NCBI GenBank assembly: GCA_026391355.1
Contig: JAPLDH010000045.1
Location: forward strand, 41,620 to 105,619
Origin: Bacteroidota bacterium
GTDB lineage: Bacteria > Bacteroidota > Bacteroidia > Bacteroidales > FEN-979
Direction: 5' to 3'
Length of the DNA: 64,000 nt
The position numbers were made by a program, and so were the translations under genes. Shown piece after piece: positions 47,044-56,823 of this stretch. How positions within the stretch are numbered: position 1 is the first letter of the stretch; every line of letters starts with the position of its first letter. The notes under the pieces are model-generated. The model did not search any database. It saw only the letters and a list, made by a program, of their open reading frames with translations, and had not been told where the DNA came from.

Positions 47044-48480
47044 ATGGAAAAGAATGTTGTAGAAATTTGGGAAGATTGTCTTAAGATTATCAAGGATAAT
47101 ATCAACTACCAAAGCTTCAAAACCTGGTTTTTGCCTATAAAGCCATTGAAATTAAAAGATAATGTGCTGACCATTCAGGTACCGAGCCAGTTTTTTTATG
47201 AATGGATGGAAGAACATTACATCGGGTTGTTGAAGAAGACGATAAAAAAGGAATTAGGTAATGAAGGCCGGTTGGAATATAGTATTATCATGGATAATTC
47301 GGAGAATAATGCGGAGCCATACTCAATAAATATTCCTACAGGAGAAAAGAAAGCTGTTTTAAACCCATCAGTTTCAATGCCCATCGATTTGAACCGAGGT
47401 TCATCAAAAGAGATCCCGAATCCTTTTATAATTCCGGGATTAAAAAAAATCAAGGTCAATTCGCAACTGATTGACAGCTATTCGTTCAATAATTTCGTGG
47501 AAGGGGATTGTAACCGGCTGGCACGTTCTGCCGGATATGCAGTTGCCAATAATCCCGGGAAAACTGCGTTCAATCCGTTATTATTATATAGTAACACAGG
47601 TCTTGGAAAAACCCATCTCTCTCATGCTATAGGGTTACAGGTCAAGGAGAATTTTCCGGATAAGACAGCGCTTTATGTAACCACTGATCAATTCACCAAT
47701 CAATTTATCGATTCTGTAAAAAATAACAATCAGAACGATTTCATTCATTTTTACCAAATGATCGATATCCTGATCATTGATGATATTCATAACCTTGGTG
47801 GAAAAGAAAAGACACAGGATGTATTTTTCCATATTTTCAACCACTTACATCAAAAGAGCAACCAGATCATACTTACCTCTGATAAACCGCCGGTAGAAAT
47901 GAAGGGTATCGAACCCAGGCTGCTTTCCCGGTTTAAATGGGGTTTATCTGCAGACCTTCAGGTTCCTGACCTGGAAACAAGGATTGCCATACTGCATAAG
48001 AAACTATACAATGACGGGATAGAAATTCCCAAGGAAGTCGTGGAATACCTTGCCCATTGTATCAATACCAATATCAGGGAGCTGGAAGGCGCGTTGATCT
48101 CTCTTCTTGCTCAGTCTTCATTGAACAAAAAGACCATTACATTAGAGCTTGCAAAGCAGATGATCGACAAGTTCGTTAAGAATACCTCAAGGGAGATATC
48201 AATCGATTATATTCAAAAAGTTGTATGTGATTATTTTAACATTCCGATAGAGATGATTCACTCCAAAACGCGGAAAAGGGAGATCGTACAGGCAAGGCAA
48301 CTATCGATGTATTTTTCCAAGAAGCATACCAAAGCGTCCCTTGCAAGCATTGGTTTGCACTGCGGAAATAAGGACCATGCCACCGTTCTGCATGCATGCA
48401 GAACGGTAAACAACCTGGTTGAAACCGATAAGCAGTTCCGTATCTTCGTTGAAGAACTCGATAAAAAAATAAAATTATAA
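47044..48480 (+). CDS. dnaA: chromosomal replication initiator protein DnaA
   Basis: Domain I (W...L..I), AAA+ Walker A (GLGKTHL), Walker B (LIIDDIH), sensor region (NIRELEGAL), and the C-terminal DNA-binding helix (QARQLSMYFSKKHT..SL..IG...G.KDHATVLHA). Confidence 0.97.
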   Translation: MEKNVVEIWEDCLKIIKDNINYQSFKTWFLPIKPLKLKDNVLTIQVPSQFFYEWMEEHYIGLLKKTIKKELGNEGRLEYSIIMDNSENNAEPYSINIPTGEKKAVLNPSVSMPIDLNRGSSKEIPNPFIIPGLKKIKVNSQLIDSYSFNNFVEGDCNRLARSAGYAVANNPGKTAFNPLLLYSNTGLGKTHLSHAIGLQVKENFPDKTALYVTTDQFTNQFIDSVKNNNQNDFIHFYQMIDILIIDDIHNLGGKEKTQDVFFHIFNHLHQKSNQIILTSDKPPVEMKGIEPRLLSRFKWGLSADLQVPDLETRIAILHKKLYNDGIEIPKEVVEYLAHCINTNIRELEGALISLLAQSSLNKKTITLELAKQMIDKFVKNTSREISIDYIQKVVCDYFNIPIEMIHSKTRKREIVQARQLSMYFSKKHTKASLASIGLHCGNKDHATVLHACRTVNNLVETDKQFRIFVEELDKKIKL

Positions 48481-48501
48481 ACCCTTCGCTTTCAAATTCT
48501 G

Positions 48502-48993
48502 ATGAAAATCCTCTTTGTTTGTACCGGTAATATTTGCCGGTCGCCTATGGCTGAAGGGATACTGAAAGATAAGCTTCGTCAAAGGAATTTAACTGATGAA
48601 GTCGATTCTGCCGGATTTGAGAACTTTCATGTAGGTGATCCTCCCGATGAACGTGCTACCAGAACGGCGCGTAATCACTCGATTGATATCACCGGGCATA
48701 GGGCAAGGTTATTCTCCAGTGAGGATTTTAAACGGTTTGATAAGATCTATGTCATGGATTCGTGGCACTATCATAATTCCATGAACATTGCAGGAAGCGA
48801 ACAGGATGAAGCAAAAGTGGATTATATCATGAATGTACTTTATCCCGGAAGGAACATGGTTGTGCAGGACCCCTGGTACAATGGAATTCAGTCGTTTGAA
48901 GAAGTTTATCACCAGCTTGATGCAGCTTGCCAGAAAATTGCCAATATGATGGAAACTGCCTCAATGCAGAAGACACCTGAGAAAAACTGTTAA
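48502..48993 (+). CDS. low-molecular-weight protein-tyrosine phosphatase
   Basis: A CTGNICRSP P-loop at residues 7-15 and a downstream DP aspartate loop (VQDPWY). Confidence 0.88.
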   Translation: MKILFVCTGNICRSPMAEGILKDKLRQRNLTDEVDSAGFENFHVGDPPDERATRTARNHSIDITGHRARLFSSEDFKRFDKIYVMDSWHYHNSMNIAGSEQDEAKVDYIMNVLYPGRNMVVQDPWYNGIQSFEEVYHQLDAACQKIANMMETASMQKTPEKNC

Positions 48994-48994
48994 A

Positions 48995-49954
48995 TTGGAA
49001 TCCTCCCAAAATAGTCTACCCGACTCTGCAGCGATTCTTCAGGCTGCACAAAGGATAAAGACATTTATTAACAGGACCCCGGTGGTCACCTCCTCCAGGA
49101 TCAATAAAATGTTCGATACTGAAATATTTTTCAAGTGCGAGAATTTTCAGAAAGTCGGGGCTTTTAAAGCCAGGGGAGCCACCAATGCGGTGATGTCGCT
49201 TGAAGAGGATCTGATTACCAATGGAGTAGCAACACATAGTTCGGGCAATCATGCCCAGGCACTATCATGGGCAGCTTCATTACGACAGAATAAGGCTTAC
49301 ATTGTGATGCCTTCCAACTCTTCCAGGGTCAAAGTTGAAGCAGTGAAAAGCTACGGCGGGATCATCACCTTTTGTGAGCCAACGCTTGAAGCAAGGGAAG
49401 AAACTCTATATAAGATCATCTGTAAGACGAATGCTACTGAGATTCATCCGTACAACGATTACAGGATTATTGCTGGACAGGCAACTGCTGCCCTTGAGCT
49501 TATTGATGAACAACCCAGGCTGGACATCATAATAACCCCTGTAGGTGGTGGCGGTTTACTTAGTGGTACCGCTCTCTCGGTCTGCTATTTTTCAGCAGGG
49601 ACCAGCGTTATAGGGGCCGAACCGGAACAGGCAAATGATGCTTTTCTTTCCTTTACCCAAAAGCATTTTATTCCTTCTATCCATCCTGATACGATTGCTG
49701 ACGGATTGAGGACATCTCTTGGTACAATTACCTTTCCCATAATCCTGGAACATGTTCAGGAAATAGTGACCGTCAGCGAAACTGCCATTATCGCCGCCAT
49801 GCGATTCATTTGGGAGAGGTTGAAAATTATCATAGAACCTTCTTCCGCGGTACCTTTTGCCGCAATTATGGAGAAAAAAATCGATGTAAGAAGAAAACGG
49901 ACAGGGATTATTTTCACCGGGGGGAATGTTGATCTGGATGAACTCCCATGGTAG
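48995..49954 (+). CDS. PLP-dependent serine/threonine dehydratase family protein (serine-racemase-like)
   Basis: KCENFQKVGAFKARGA (PLP lysine), HSSGNHAQA, and the VGGGGLLSG glycine loop. It uses a TTG start one nucleotide after the upstream stop. Confidence 0.8.
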   Translation: MESSQNSLPDSAAILQAAQRIKTFINRTPVVTSSRINKMFDTEIFFKCENFQKVGAFKARGATNAVMSLEEDLITNGVATHSSGNHAQALSWAASLRQNKAYIVMPSNSSRVKVEAVKSYGGIITFCEPTLEAREETLYKIICKTNATEIHPYNDYRIIAGQATAALELIDEQPRLDIIITPVGGGGLLSGTALSVCYFSAGTSVIGAEPEQANDAFLSFTQKHFIPSIHPDTIADGLRTSLGTITFPIILEHVQEIVTVSETAIIAAMRFIWERLKIIIEPSSAVPFAAIMEKKIDVRRKRTGIIFTGGNVDLDELPW

Positions 49955-50022
49955 ATTCAATAATTCAGAATGCAAAATGCAGAAAAAGGAATTTCTCTTG
50001 TAATGTTGAGTAAAGAACATAC

Positions 50023-50730
50023 ATGAAGAAGGGAAGGCTATATTTGATACCGGGGTTTTTGGGGGAAAAGGAGATTCCAGGGTTAATGCCTGCAATAAAT
50101 CTGAAAATTATCAGCGGACTTCACTATTTTATCGTTGAGGAATTAAAGAGTGCCAGGAGGTTTTTGAGGGCTGCAGGATTTACCGGCGACTTTGATCAGC
50201 TTCACTTTCTTGTTTTTAATGAACATTCTGATAAAACATCCCTGATACCATTCATTGAACCCATTTTGGAAGGTAATGATACCGGACTTTTGTCGGAGGC
50301 AGGAATTCCTTGCGTAGCTGACCCAGGATCAGAGATTGTTAAGGAAGCCCATGAGCGGGGTATCCGAGTGATCCCGCTTTCAGGGCCTTCCTCAATTTAC
50401 CTTGCATTGATGGCATCAGGGTTTAATGGGCAGGATTTTGCATTTCATGGTTATTTACCCATTGATAAACTTGCCCGGGCCAAGAAATTAAAAGAGCTTG
50501 AACATGCAGTTTATTCGAGGGACCAGACACAGCTATTTATTGAAGCCCCTTACAGAAATCTCCAGCTTTTCAAGGCAATACTGGAAAGTTGTAATCCAGG
50601 AACACTCCTTTGCATTGCGACGGAACTGACAACTGAGAAGGAATTGGTTCAGGTAAAAACAATCAGTGAGTGGAAAAAGAGTATTCCTGATATTCATAAG
50701 AAACCGACTGTTTTTCTGGTTTATCATTAA
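50023..50730 (+). CDS. tetrapyrrole-methylase-fold SAM-dependent methyltransferase (RsmI-related)
   Basis: EAGIPCVADPGSEIV and IPLSGPSSIYLALMASGF motifs, typical of the RsmI/YraL-like class III methyltransferase fold. Confidence 0.7.
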   Translation: MKKGRLYLIPGFLGEKEIPGLMPAINLKIISGLHYFIVEELKSARRFLRAAGFTGDFDQLHFLVFNEHSDKTSLIPFIEPILEGNDTGLLSEAGIPCVADPGSEIVKEAHERGIRVIPLSGPSSIYLALMASGFNGQDFAFHGYLPIDKLARAKKLKELEHAVYSRDQTQLFIEAPYRNLQLFKAILESCNPGTLLCIATELTTEKELVQVKTISEWKKSIPDIHKKPTVFLVYH

Positions 50731-50737
50731 CAGGATC

Positions 50738-50768
50738 AATTGCAGGGGTTAAATTATAAGTAGTTTTG
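50738..50768 (+). promoter_or_regulatory. putative sigma-A promoter for the ABC/ABC-2 operon
   Basis: ATTG (50738-50741) and TAGTTTTG (50761-50768) are separated by 19 nt. The -7 box lies 41 nt upstream of the ATG at 50809. Confidence 0.3.
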
Positions 50769-50808
50769 TCCAATATTGTTTACAATAGACTATTGAAGTT
50801 TTTCACTT

Positions 50809-51705
50809 ATGGACACTCTCCTCTCGTTACACGAAATATCGAAGAATTATGGTAAGATTCATGCAGTTGACAAACTGTCGATGAATATCCATAAGGGACA
50901 GGTATTTGGTATTCTTGGCCCGAACGGCAGTGGGAAGACTACCACCCTAAGTATAGTTCTCGATCTGATAAAGGCTGACCATGGCTCATTTCAATGGTTT
51001 GGAAATGTTCCATCAAAAGAAACACGGAAAAGGATCGGGTCCGTGATCGAAAGTCCCAATTTTTTTCCTTATCTGAGTGCCCAAAAAAATCTTGAAATAG
51101 TGGCAGAGATCAAGGATCTGTCCTACGATGATATTCCCACGGTTCTAAAAATGACCGGACTTTACGACCGGATGAATTCCAAATTCAGGACTTTCTCTTT
51201 TGGGATGAAACAACGGTTGGCTGTTGCCTCTGCCCTGCTTGGTGACCCAGATGTGCTGATTCTCGATGAACCCACCAACGGACTTGATCCACAAGGGATT
51301 GCCCAGATAAGGGAAATCATACTCCGGGTGGCAGGAGAAGGAATTACCATTATACTTGCGAGCCATTTGCTGGATGAAGTGCAAAAGATCTGTTCCCATG
51401 TTGCTGTTTTGAATAAAGGAAAGATTTTATTTGACGGGGAAGTCAGTGAGGTTCTTGCAGAAGCTGATTGCATTGAGGTTTCAGCAGATAATCTTGAGCT
51501 TTTGGGCAAGGTAATGTCTGAATACCCTCAATGCAAGTCAATTGCAAAAAGTAATGACAAACTCCTTCTCTATTTCAAGACCCTGGTTAAGCCACAGGAG
51601 ATAAATCAGTTCTTATTCTCAAAAGGAATTACGGTCAGTCACCTGATGGAACGAAAAAGAAGTCTTGAAAAACATTTTCTTGAACTTTTAGCACAGGAAT
51701 CATGA
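50809..51705 (+). CDS. ABC transporter ATP-binding protein
   Basis: Walker A GPNGSGKTT, signature FSFGMKQRL, Walker B LILDEPTNGLD, H-loop. Confidence 0.92.
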   Translation: MDTLLSLHEISKNYGKIHAVDKLSMNIHKGQVFGILGPNGSGKTTTLSIVLDLIKADHGSFQWFGNVPSKETRKRIGSVIESPNFFPYLSAQKNLEIVAEIKDLSYDDIPTVLKMTGLYDRMNSKFRTFSFGMKQRLAVASALLGDPDVLILDEPTNGLDPQGIAQIREIILRVAGEGITIILASHLLDEVQKICSHVAVLNKGKILFDGEVSEVLAEADCIEVSADNLELLGKVMSEYPQCKSIAKSNDKLLLYFKTLVKPQEINQFLFSKGITVSHLMERKRSLEKHFLELLAQES

Positions 51706-52532
51706 TGAAACTTCTCCGGATTGAGCTAAAGAAGATTCTGACATATAAGATCTTCTGGGTTCTGACAGGACTTTATTTTGTTTTTCTTGCCCTTGGTATA
51801 ATTCTCGGGGAACACATTATCAATAATTGGGTAGACAGCATAAACAGGCATATTCCCTTACCCCTGCCGCATGTTACCTTATACTTCTTTCCGGATGTAT
51901 GGCAAAACATTACCTTTTTTGCAGGCATCAGGTATTTCCTGATATTTCCTGCCATCATTATCATCATTTTAATAACGAATGAGTTTACTTACAAAACCAT
52001 TCGCCAGAATGTAATTAATGGAATGAGTAAGGTTGATATTCAGCTTTCCAAACTACAGATCATTCTATGTTTTTCTGTAATCATAACAACTATTATTGGG
52101 ATTGTTGCACTAATCCTCGGAATTTCGAATACCGACAGTGCGGGAATGCATCTGATGCTGACAAAACTTTTATTCCTGCCAGCTTTCTTCCTGGAAATAT
52201 TCACTTTTCTGATCATGGCTTATTTTTGTGCCTTTCTTTTAAAACATACAGGGCTGGCCATTGGGTTTTTCACACTTTATGTGATTATCATCGAACCGGT
52301 TTTGTATTTTCTGCTCAAGATCCCTGGGTTACAGCCAAATAATGTTTCACAATATCTTCCGGTAAATTCCGTAATCCGTATAGTGGAGTACCCGGCAATT
52401 TCATCACTTCAGCGAATTATGGGGATCACCCTTCAGGATCATATATCCCTGCTGCATTGTGGGATTACAGTGGGGTATTCGGCTCTGTTTCTAGGGGTTA
52501 CTTTTGTTGTAATGAGGAGAAGAGACCTTTAA
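51702..52532 (+). CDS. ABC-2 type transporter permease
   Basis: Overlaps the ATPase gene by 4 nt (ATGA). It has six hydrophobic helices and typical ABC-2 length. Confidence 0.75.
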   Translation: MMKLLRIELKKILTYKIFWVLTGLYFVFLALGIILGEHIINNWVDSINRHIPLPLPHVTLYFFPDVWQNITFFAGIRYFLIFPAIIIIILITNEFTYKTIRQNVINGMSKVDIQLSKLQIILCFSVIITTIIGIVALILGISNTDSAGMHLMLTKLLFLPAFFLEIFTFLIMAYFCAFLLKHTGLAIGFFTLYVIIIEPVLYFLLKIPGLQPNNVSQYLPVNSVIRIVEYPAISSLQRIMGITLQDHISLLHCGITVGYSALFLGVTFVVMRRRDL

Positions 52533-52533
52533 T

Positions 52534-52604
52534 AATTACGAAGTAAAAATTACGAATTACGAAGTAGGGTTATAGTTACCAGTTTGCAGTTAGCAGTTTC
52601 CAGT
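52534..52604. repeat. short direct oligonucleotide repeats in a convergent intergenic spacer
   Basis: AATTACGAAGTA (52534-52545) recurs within AATTACGAATTACGAAGTA (52548-52566). It is followed by CAGTTTGCAGTTAGCAGTTTCCAGT (three CAGTT units, 52579-52604). Confidence 0.5.
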
Positions 52605-52613
52605 CATAAGTTG

Positions 52614-53885
52614 CTATTGCCTTTTAAGTTTTGCAAGGGCATTAAGTCTTTGAAGAAGTGTGGGATGAGAGTAATAGAAGAAGACGTTTGCAGGGTGGGG
52701 ACGGAGATTGCTCAGGTTATTCACCGAAAGTTTTTTCAAAGCCTCTTTGAGAGACTCCGGATCATAATGAATTCCTGCATAACGGTCGGCAGCGTATTCA
52801 TTTGCGCGGGAAAGCATGTTCATGAAAAGTCCCAAAACAAGGGACAGTGGTGAGTAAAGCATCCCAAAGGCAAGTATACCTATCTGGAAGCTCTGTTTCA
52901 CAGGGATACCGGAGAAACCACTCATGGCCTGGCAAAGCGATTGTGATAATGAACTGTTCTTCCTGATGAACAGAGAAAGGATGAACAGCATCAAAGCATT
53001 TTGCAGCAACGACAGGATTATGGATAAAGAGGTATGTTTCTTTTTATAATGACCGATTTCGTGGGCAAGGACTGCCACCAGTTCTTCATTTGTATGATCA
53101 CTGATGAGCGTATCATACAGGACTATACGTTTTTTCATTCCTATACCGGTAAAGTAAGCATTTGCTTTTCCTGACCGTTTTGAACCATCAATGACATAAA
53201 TATTGGCGAGTTTAAATCCGATCTTAGAAGAAAAAGCCTCGATTGCATTGCGGAGAGGCCCCGGTTCCAACGGCTTTTGCTTATTGAAAAGAGGAACGAT
53301 CAGGTTTGAGTAGAACATGGTCATAAAGATCATAAACACTGCAATCACTGCCCATACAATGATCCAGAAATAATTTCCCGTTGATTGATAAATAAACACA
53401 ACCAGTGAAATCAACCCTCCACCGATAATTATTCCAAGAAAGAGTTCCTTGATTTTATCAAGAATAAAAGTCCGGGGAGTAGTACGGTTAAAACCAAATT
53501 TTTCTTCAATGATAAAAATATGGTAAAGTTCAAAAGGTATTGATAGTATTGAAGAAACCAATCCCAATATACCAAAGTACAAAAGCGTTAAAAGAATTGG
53601 GTTTTCAGTGTATTTTCTGACAATGAAATCGAGCCAGGCAAACCCACCAGGCAGAAGCACCACCATCATGGCAATAAAAGTCAATGTAGATACAATAAAA
53701 CTAAATTTATGCTTGTCCTTTTCATATGCCATCGACTTTTTATATTTCTCAACTTCGTATATTCCTGAGAGTTCTGAGGGAAGGTCATCCCGCCAATAGG
53801 TGGAGTTAAGATAAGCCAGCATGCGCTCTAAAAGGTATTCGAAGATCAGGATACCGATGATAAGATAGAAAAAGATGGAGGACAT
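52614..53885 (-). CDS. M48 family (Ste24-like) integral-membrane zinc metallopeptidase
   Basis: Multiple TM helices, the HEIGHYKKKH (HExxH) motif, and a downstream E (ANEYAADRYA). Confidence 0.88.
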   Translation of the reverse strand: MSSIFFYLIIGILIFEYLLERMLAYLNSTYWRDDLPSELSGIYEVEKYKKSMAYEKDKHKFSFIVSTLTFIAMMVVLLPGGFAWLDFIVRKYTENPILLTLLYFGILGLVSSILSIPFELYHIFIIEEKFGFNRTTPRTFILDKIKELFLGIIIGGGLISLVVFIYQSTGNYFWIIVWAVIAVFMIFMTMFYSNLIVPLFNKQKPLEPGPLRNAIEAFSSKIGFKLANIYVIDGSKRSGKANAYFTGIGMKKRIVLYDTLISDHTNEELVAVLAHEIGHYKKKHTSLSIILSLLQNALMLFILSLFIRKNSSLSQSLCQAMSGFSGIPVKQSFQIGILAFGMLYSPLSLVLGLFMNMLSRANEYAADRYAGIHYDPESLKEALKKLSVNNLSNLRPHPANVFFYYSHPTLLQRLNALAKLKRQ

Positions 53886-53930
53886 ATTGTGTTTTTTTGG
53901 TGACGCATAACGTGTTAGGCGTGAGGTATA

Positions 53931-56045
53931 TTAATAGATGCCGGTTCTCTTGCGGATAAACCACTCAGCAGAGATGAGGAGAAGAATCAAAAGAAAAACC
54001 CAGATGTTACCAGCAAGGTCAGCATACCGTTTCTGAAGGTAAGAAACCGGCCGGATGTCTTCCCGCTTATTTACAAGGTTGTAGAGTTGGTTAATGTCAT
54101 GAGGAGAAACCATTTCACCGTCATGTGACCTGGCAATTTTAAACAGAAGATTATGATCTGCAGTGGTGTTCATCAATTCCAGATTTAAAGCAGAAATGAC
54201 AAACTCTCCTTTTTTCTCATATCGGTTATTCCCAACTTTCACTGATGCTGTGTACTTATAGCTTCCTATGGGGAAATTTCCTGCATTGAGATAATAGGCT
54301 TTATCAGTCCTGCCAAAAACAAAAGGAAAGGTTTTCCCCTGTTCATCAGTGATTATAAGATTTACATCCGGTTCATTTATCAGTTCATAACTCTTATTAT
54401 ATACTTCTCCATCGAATTCAATAAGTTCATTTTCCTGGAAACGGGTTTTAGTTTTTACCCGGAAAAAACTTTTATCTGCTTTAACCGAGAGGTATTGTGC
54501 AATTTTATTTATCAATTCATTAAAAACATCATGGTTTCCCTTTTGCTGATAGTCAGATAAACTCCATTTCCAAAGGTTCTCACCGGCTATAATCCCTATC
54601 TTTTTTCCTGAATTTTGCAGGAAAAGAATGAGAGGAATATTGGAAGCGACATTCCCGATCTTCTGTTCAAAAAGAACATCTGCTGCTGGTGAAAAATGGA
54701 ATGTCCCATATGGTGAGAGCAATGGTGGAAATTCCCTGATAACATCGATGAGTCCTTTATCCATAGTGAAAAGCGGGAAGGATTCATTCCATTGGGGAAG
54801 GGATTCAACATATGTTGTTTTGGAAGTGGTTATTTCAAGCCCTGTTTTTATTGAATTGAATGAATTAAGGTCGGTTTGGCTGCCGAGGCAAATCAGAAGT
54901 GAACCATTGAAAGAAAGGAACCGCGATAAATTTGAAATACCCAGTAAAGACGGAACCTGGTAAAGAATAATGAGATCGTATTTATCAACAGGCCCGGTAA
55001 ATTCATCGGCCTTATATTCTTCAACTTCAAACCTTAATGAACTCTCAAGTGCGTTACGGAGTACAGAAATATCAGGATGTGGTGACTGGTAGAGAATGGC
55101 AATTTTTTGACGTGTTTCCGACACTTCGACCATCAAATCCTGTTGGTTATTTAGCTTGCTAATTTCATCTTTTACAGGGTTAACGATTACCATAAACCTT
55201 TGATTACCATTTTCCCTGGCATCGAGCACTGTATTTACTTTGATGGTCGATTGAATGGAAGGAAAGGTTATTTTTTTATTAAAAAGGATCTGATCCTTTC
55301 TTTTAATAATGATTTCTGTCGTTTCTCCTTCACATTTATTTGCCGATACATTGATCTCCACAGGGAATTTATCACCTTTAAAGACGGTTGGGTTGTAGTT
55401 TATTTTTTTTATAATGATATCCCGTGTGAGGATTGTGTCGCCCATTGCAACAGTAAATATGGGATAGTTCATGTTTAATGTTGAATAATATGGATTTGAT
55501 CCTTTGTTATATATCCCGTCAGTTGCAAGAATCAAAGCACCTATATTCCTGTTTGAATAGCGGCTTTTCAGATCATCCAGCAGTTCAGAGATATCGGTTT
55601 GCCGTTCATGAAAATTTATTGCCGGGTCACTGGTAATTTTTTCACCGAATGAAAAGAAAGCAACATCGTATTTCTTCTTCAGCTGACCGGTCAGATCTTT
55701 CAGCTTTTCCTGGTATTCAGTCTTGTAAAAAACAGAATCATTTCCATAAGTGACAGATAAAGAATTATCCTGTGCAACAATAATTACCGGTTTCTCAATA
55801 TTTTCCGTGGTTTTCTTTATCAGTGGCGAAAGGAGTAAAAATGATATAACGGTGATTCCCAGGAAGCGGAGGATAATCATAGTACTGAGCATCCATGGAT
55901 GCATATCTTCCCTTTTTGTCCTGTAATACAGGAAAAAAGTTCCTAAACCGCCGATCAGGAGGCAAAGGAAGAAAAACCATACCGGGTATTCAATAATCAG
56001 GCCCAACTTGACATCTATTATGTATGTAATCCACCACAGACACAA
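53931..56045 (-). CDS. large membrane-anchored protein, possibly vWA-like (unknown function)
   Basis: N-terminal double TM (EYPVWFFFLCLLIGGLGTFFLYY; MIILRFLGITVISFLLL), IIVAQDNSLS and LILATDGIYNKG strands reminiscent of a vWA/Rossmann-like fold, and a C-terminal TM anchor. The TTG start at 56045 overlaps fabG by 28 nt. An alternative TTG at 56006 would not overlap it. Confidence 0.5.
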   Translation of the reverse strand: MCLWWITYIIDVKLGLIIEYPVWFFFLCLLIGGLGTFFLYYRTKREDMHPWMLSTMIILRFLGITVISFLLLSPLIKKTTENIEKPVIIVAQDNSLSVTYGNDSVFYKTEYQEKLKDLTGQLKKKYDVAFFSFGEKITSDPAINFHERQTDISELLDDLKSRYSNRNIGALILATDGIYNKGSNPYYSTLNMNYPIFTVAMGDTILTRDIIIKKINYNPTVFKGDKFPVEINVSANKCEGETTEIIIKRKDQILFNKKITFPSIQSTIKVNTVLDARENGNQRFMVIVNPVKDEISKLNNQQDLMVEVSETRQKIAILYQSPHPDISVLRNALESSLRFEVEEYKADEFTGPVDKYDLIILYQVPSLLGISNLSRFLSFNGSLLICLGSQTDLNSFNSIKTGLEITTSKTTYVESLPQWNESFPLFTMDKGLIDVIREFPPLLSPYGTFHFSPAADVLFEQKIGNVASNIPLILFLQNSGKKIGIIAGENLWKWSLSDYQQKGNHDVFNELINKIAQYLSVKADKSFFRVKTKTRFQENELIEFDGEVYNKSYELINEPDVNLIITDEQGKTFPFVFGRTDKAYYLNAGNFPIGSYKYTASVKVGNNRYEKKGEFVISALNLELMNTTADHNLLFKIARSHDGEMVSPHDINQLYNLVNKREDIRPVSYLQKRYADLAGNIWVFLLILLLISAEWFIRKRTGIY

Positions 56046-56764
56046 ATTACCTGTCCGTTAACATAGGAACTCAGTTCAGATGCAAGAAAGAGAGCAACAT
56101 TGGCGACATCATCAGGAGTTCCGGGTCTTTTCATTGGTACGTCTTTGGCAAATGAATCCCGTATTTCCTGTGGTAATTTCGCAGTCATCTCCGTATCGAT
56201 AAAACCCGGTGCAATGGCATTGCACCGTATGTTTCTGGATCCCAGTTCCTGTGCAATGGATTTTGTAAATCCTATGATCCCGGCCTTCGACGCCGCATAA
56301 TTAGATTGTCCTCCATTTCCTTCAATTCCCACGACGGAGCTCATATTGATAATAACGCCAAAACGTTGTTTTATCATATCCCTTTGGATAGCTTTGGTAA
56401 GATTAAATACCGATTTAAGGTTAACATTGACGACCATATCCCAATCCTGTTCTGTCATCCTCAACAACAGTCCATCCCGTGTGATTCCTGCATTGTTTAC
56501 AAGGATATCAATCCTTGAGAATTCCTGATTTACGTCATTGATAAGTTGTTCACTTCCTGAGAATGAGCTGGCGTCGGATGCATATCCTTTTGCTTTGACT
56601 CCTAATGATCCCAGTTCTTTTTCGAGGTTCACCGAATCTTCATTATAAAACAGGTCAGAAAATGCAATATTTGCTCCATGTTCAGCAAATTTGACGGCAA
56701 TTCCCCTGCCGATCCCTTTGTTTGCGCCGGTTATCAGAGCTGTTTTCCCTTCGAGAAGTTTCAT
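56018..56764 (-). CDS. fabG: 3-oxoacyl-[acyl-carrier-protein] reductase
   Basis: TGANKGIGRGIA, NNAGITRD, and the S...YAASKAG catalytic triad region, followed by PGFIDTEMT. Confidence 0.93.
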   Translation of the reverse strand: MKLLEGKTALITGANKGIGRGIAVKFAEHGANIAFSDLFYNEDSVNLEKELGSLGVKAKGYASDASSFSGSEQLINDVNQEFSRIDILVNNAGITRDGLLLRMTEQDWDMVVNVNLKSVFNLTKAIQRDMIKQRFGVIINMSSVVGIEGNGGQSNYAASKAGIIGFTKSIAQELGSRNIRCNAIAPGFIDTEMTAKLPQEIRDSFAKDVPMKRPGTPDDVANVALFLASELSSYVNGQVICVCGGLHT

Positions 56765-56823
56765 GAAAGTTCAATTAAATCTTCGCCAAAGGTAGCAAGT
56801 TTTGAGGAAAGAAAAGGGCTCTT

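Noticed and set aside
52584-52853. 89-aa plus-strand ORF starting in the repeat-filled spacer and running into the M48 gene.
   Set aside because: It is antisense to the well-supported M48 peptidase 3' end, starts with a non-ATG codon inside the micro-repeats, and has no homology signal.
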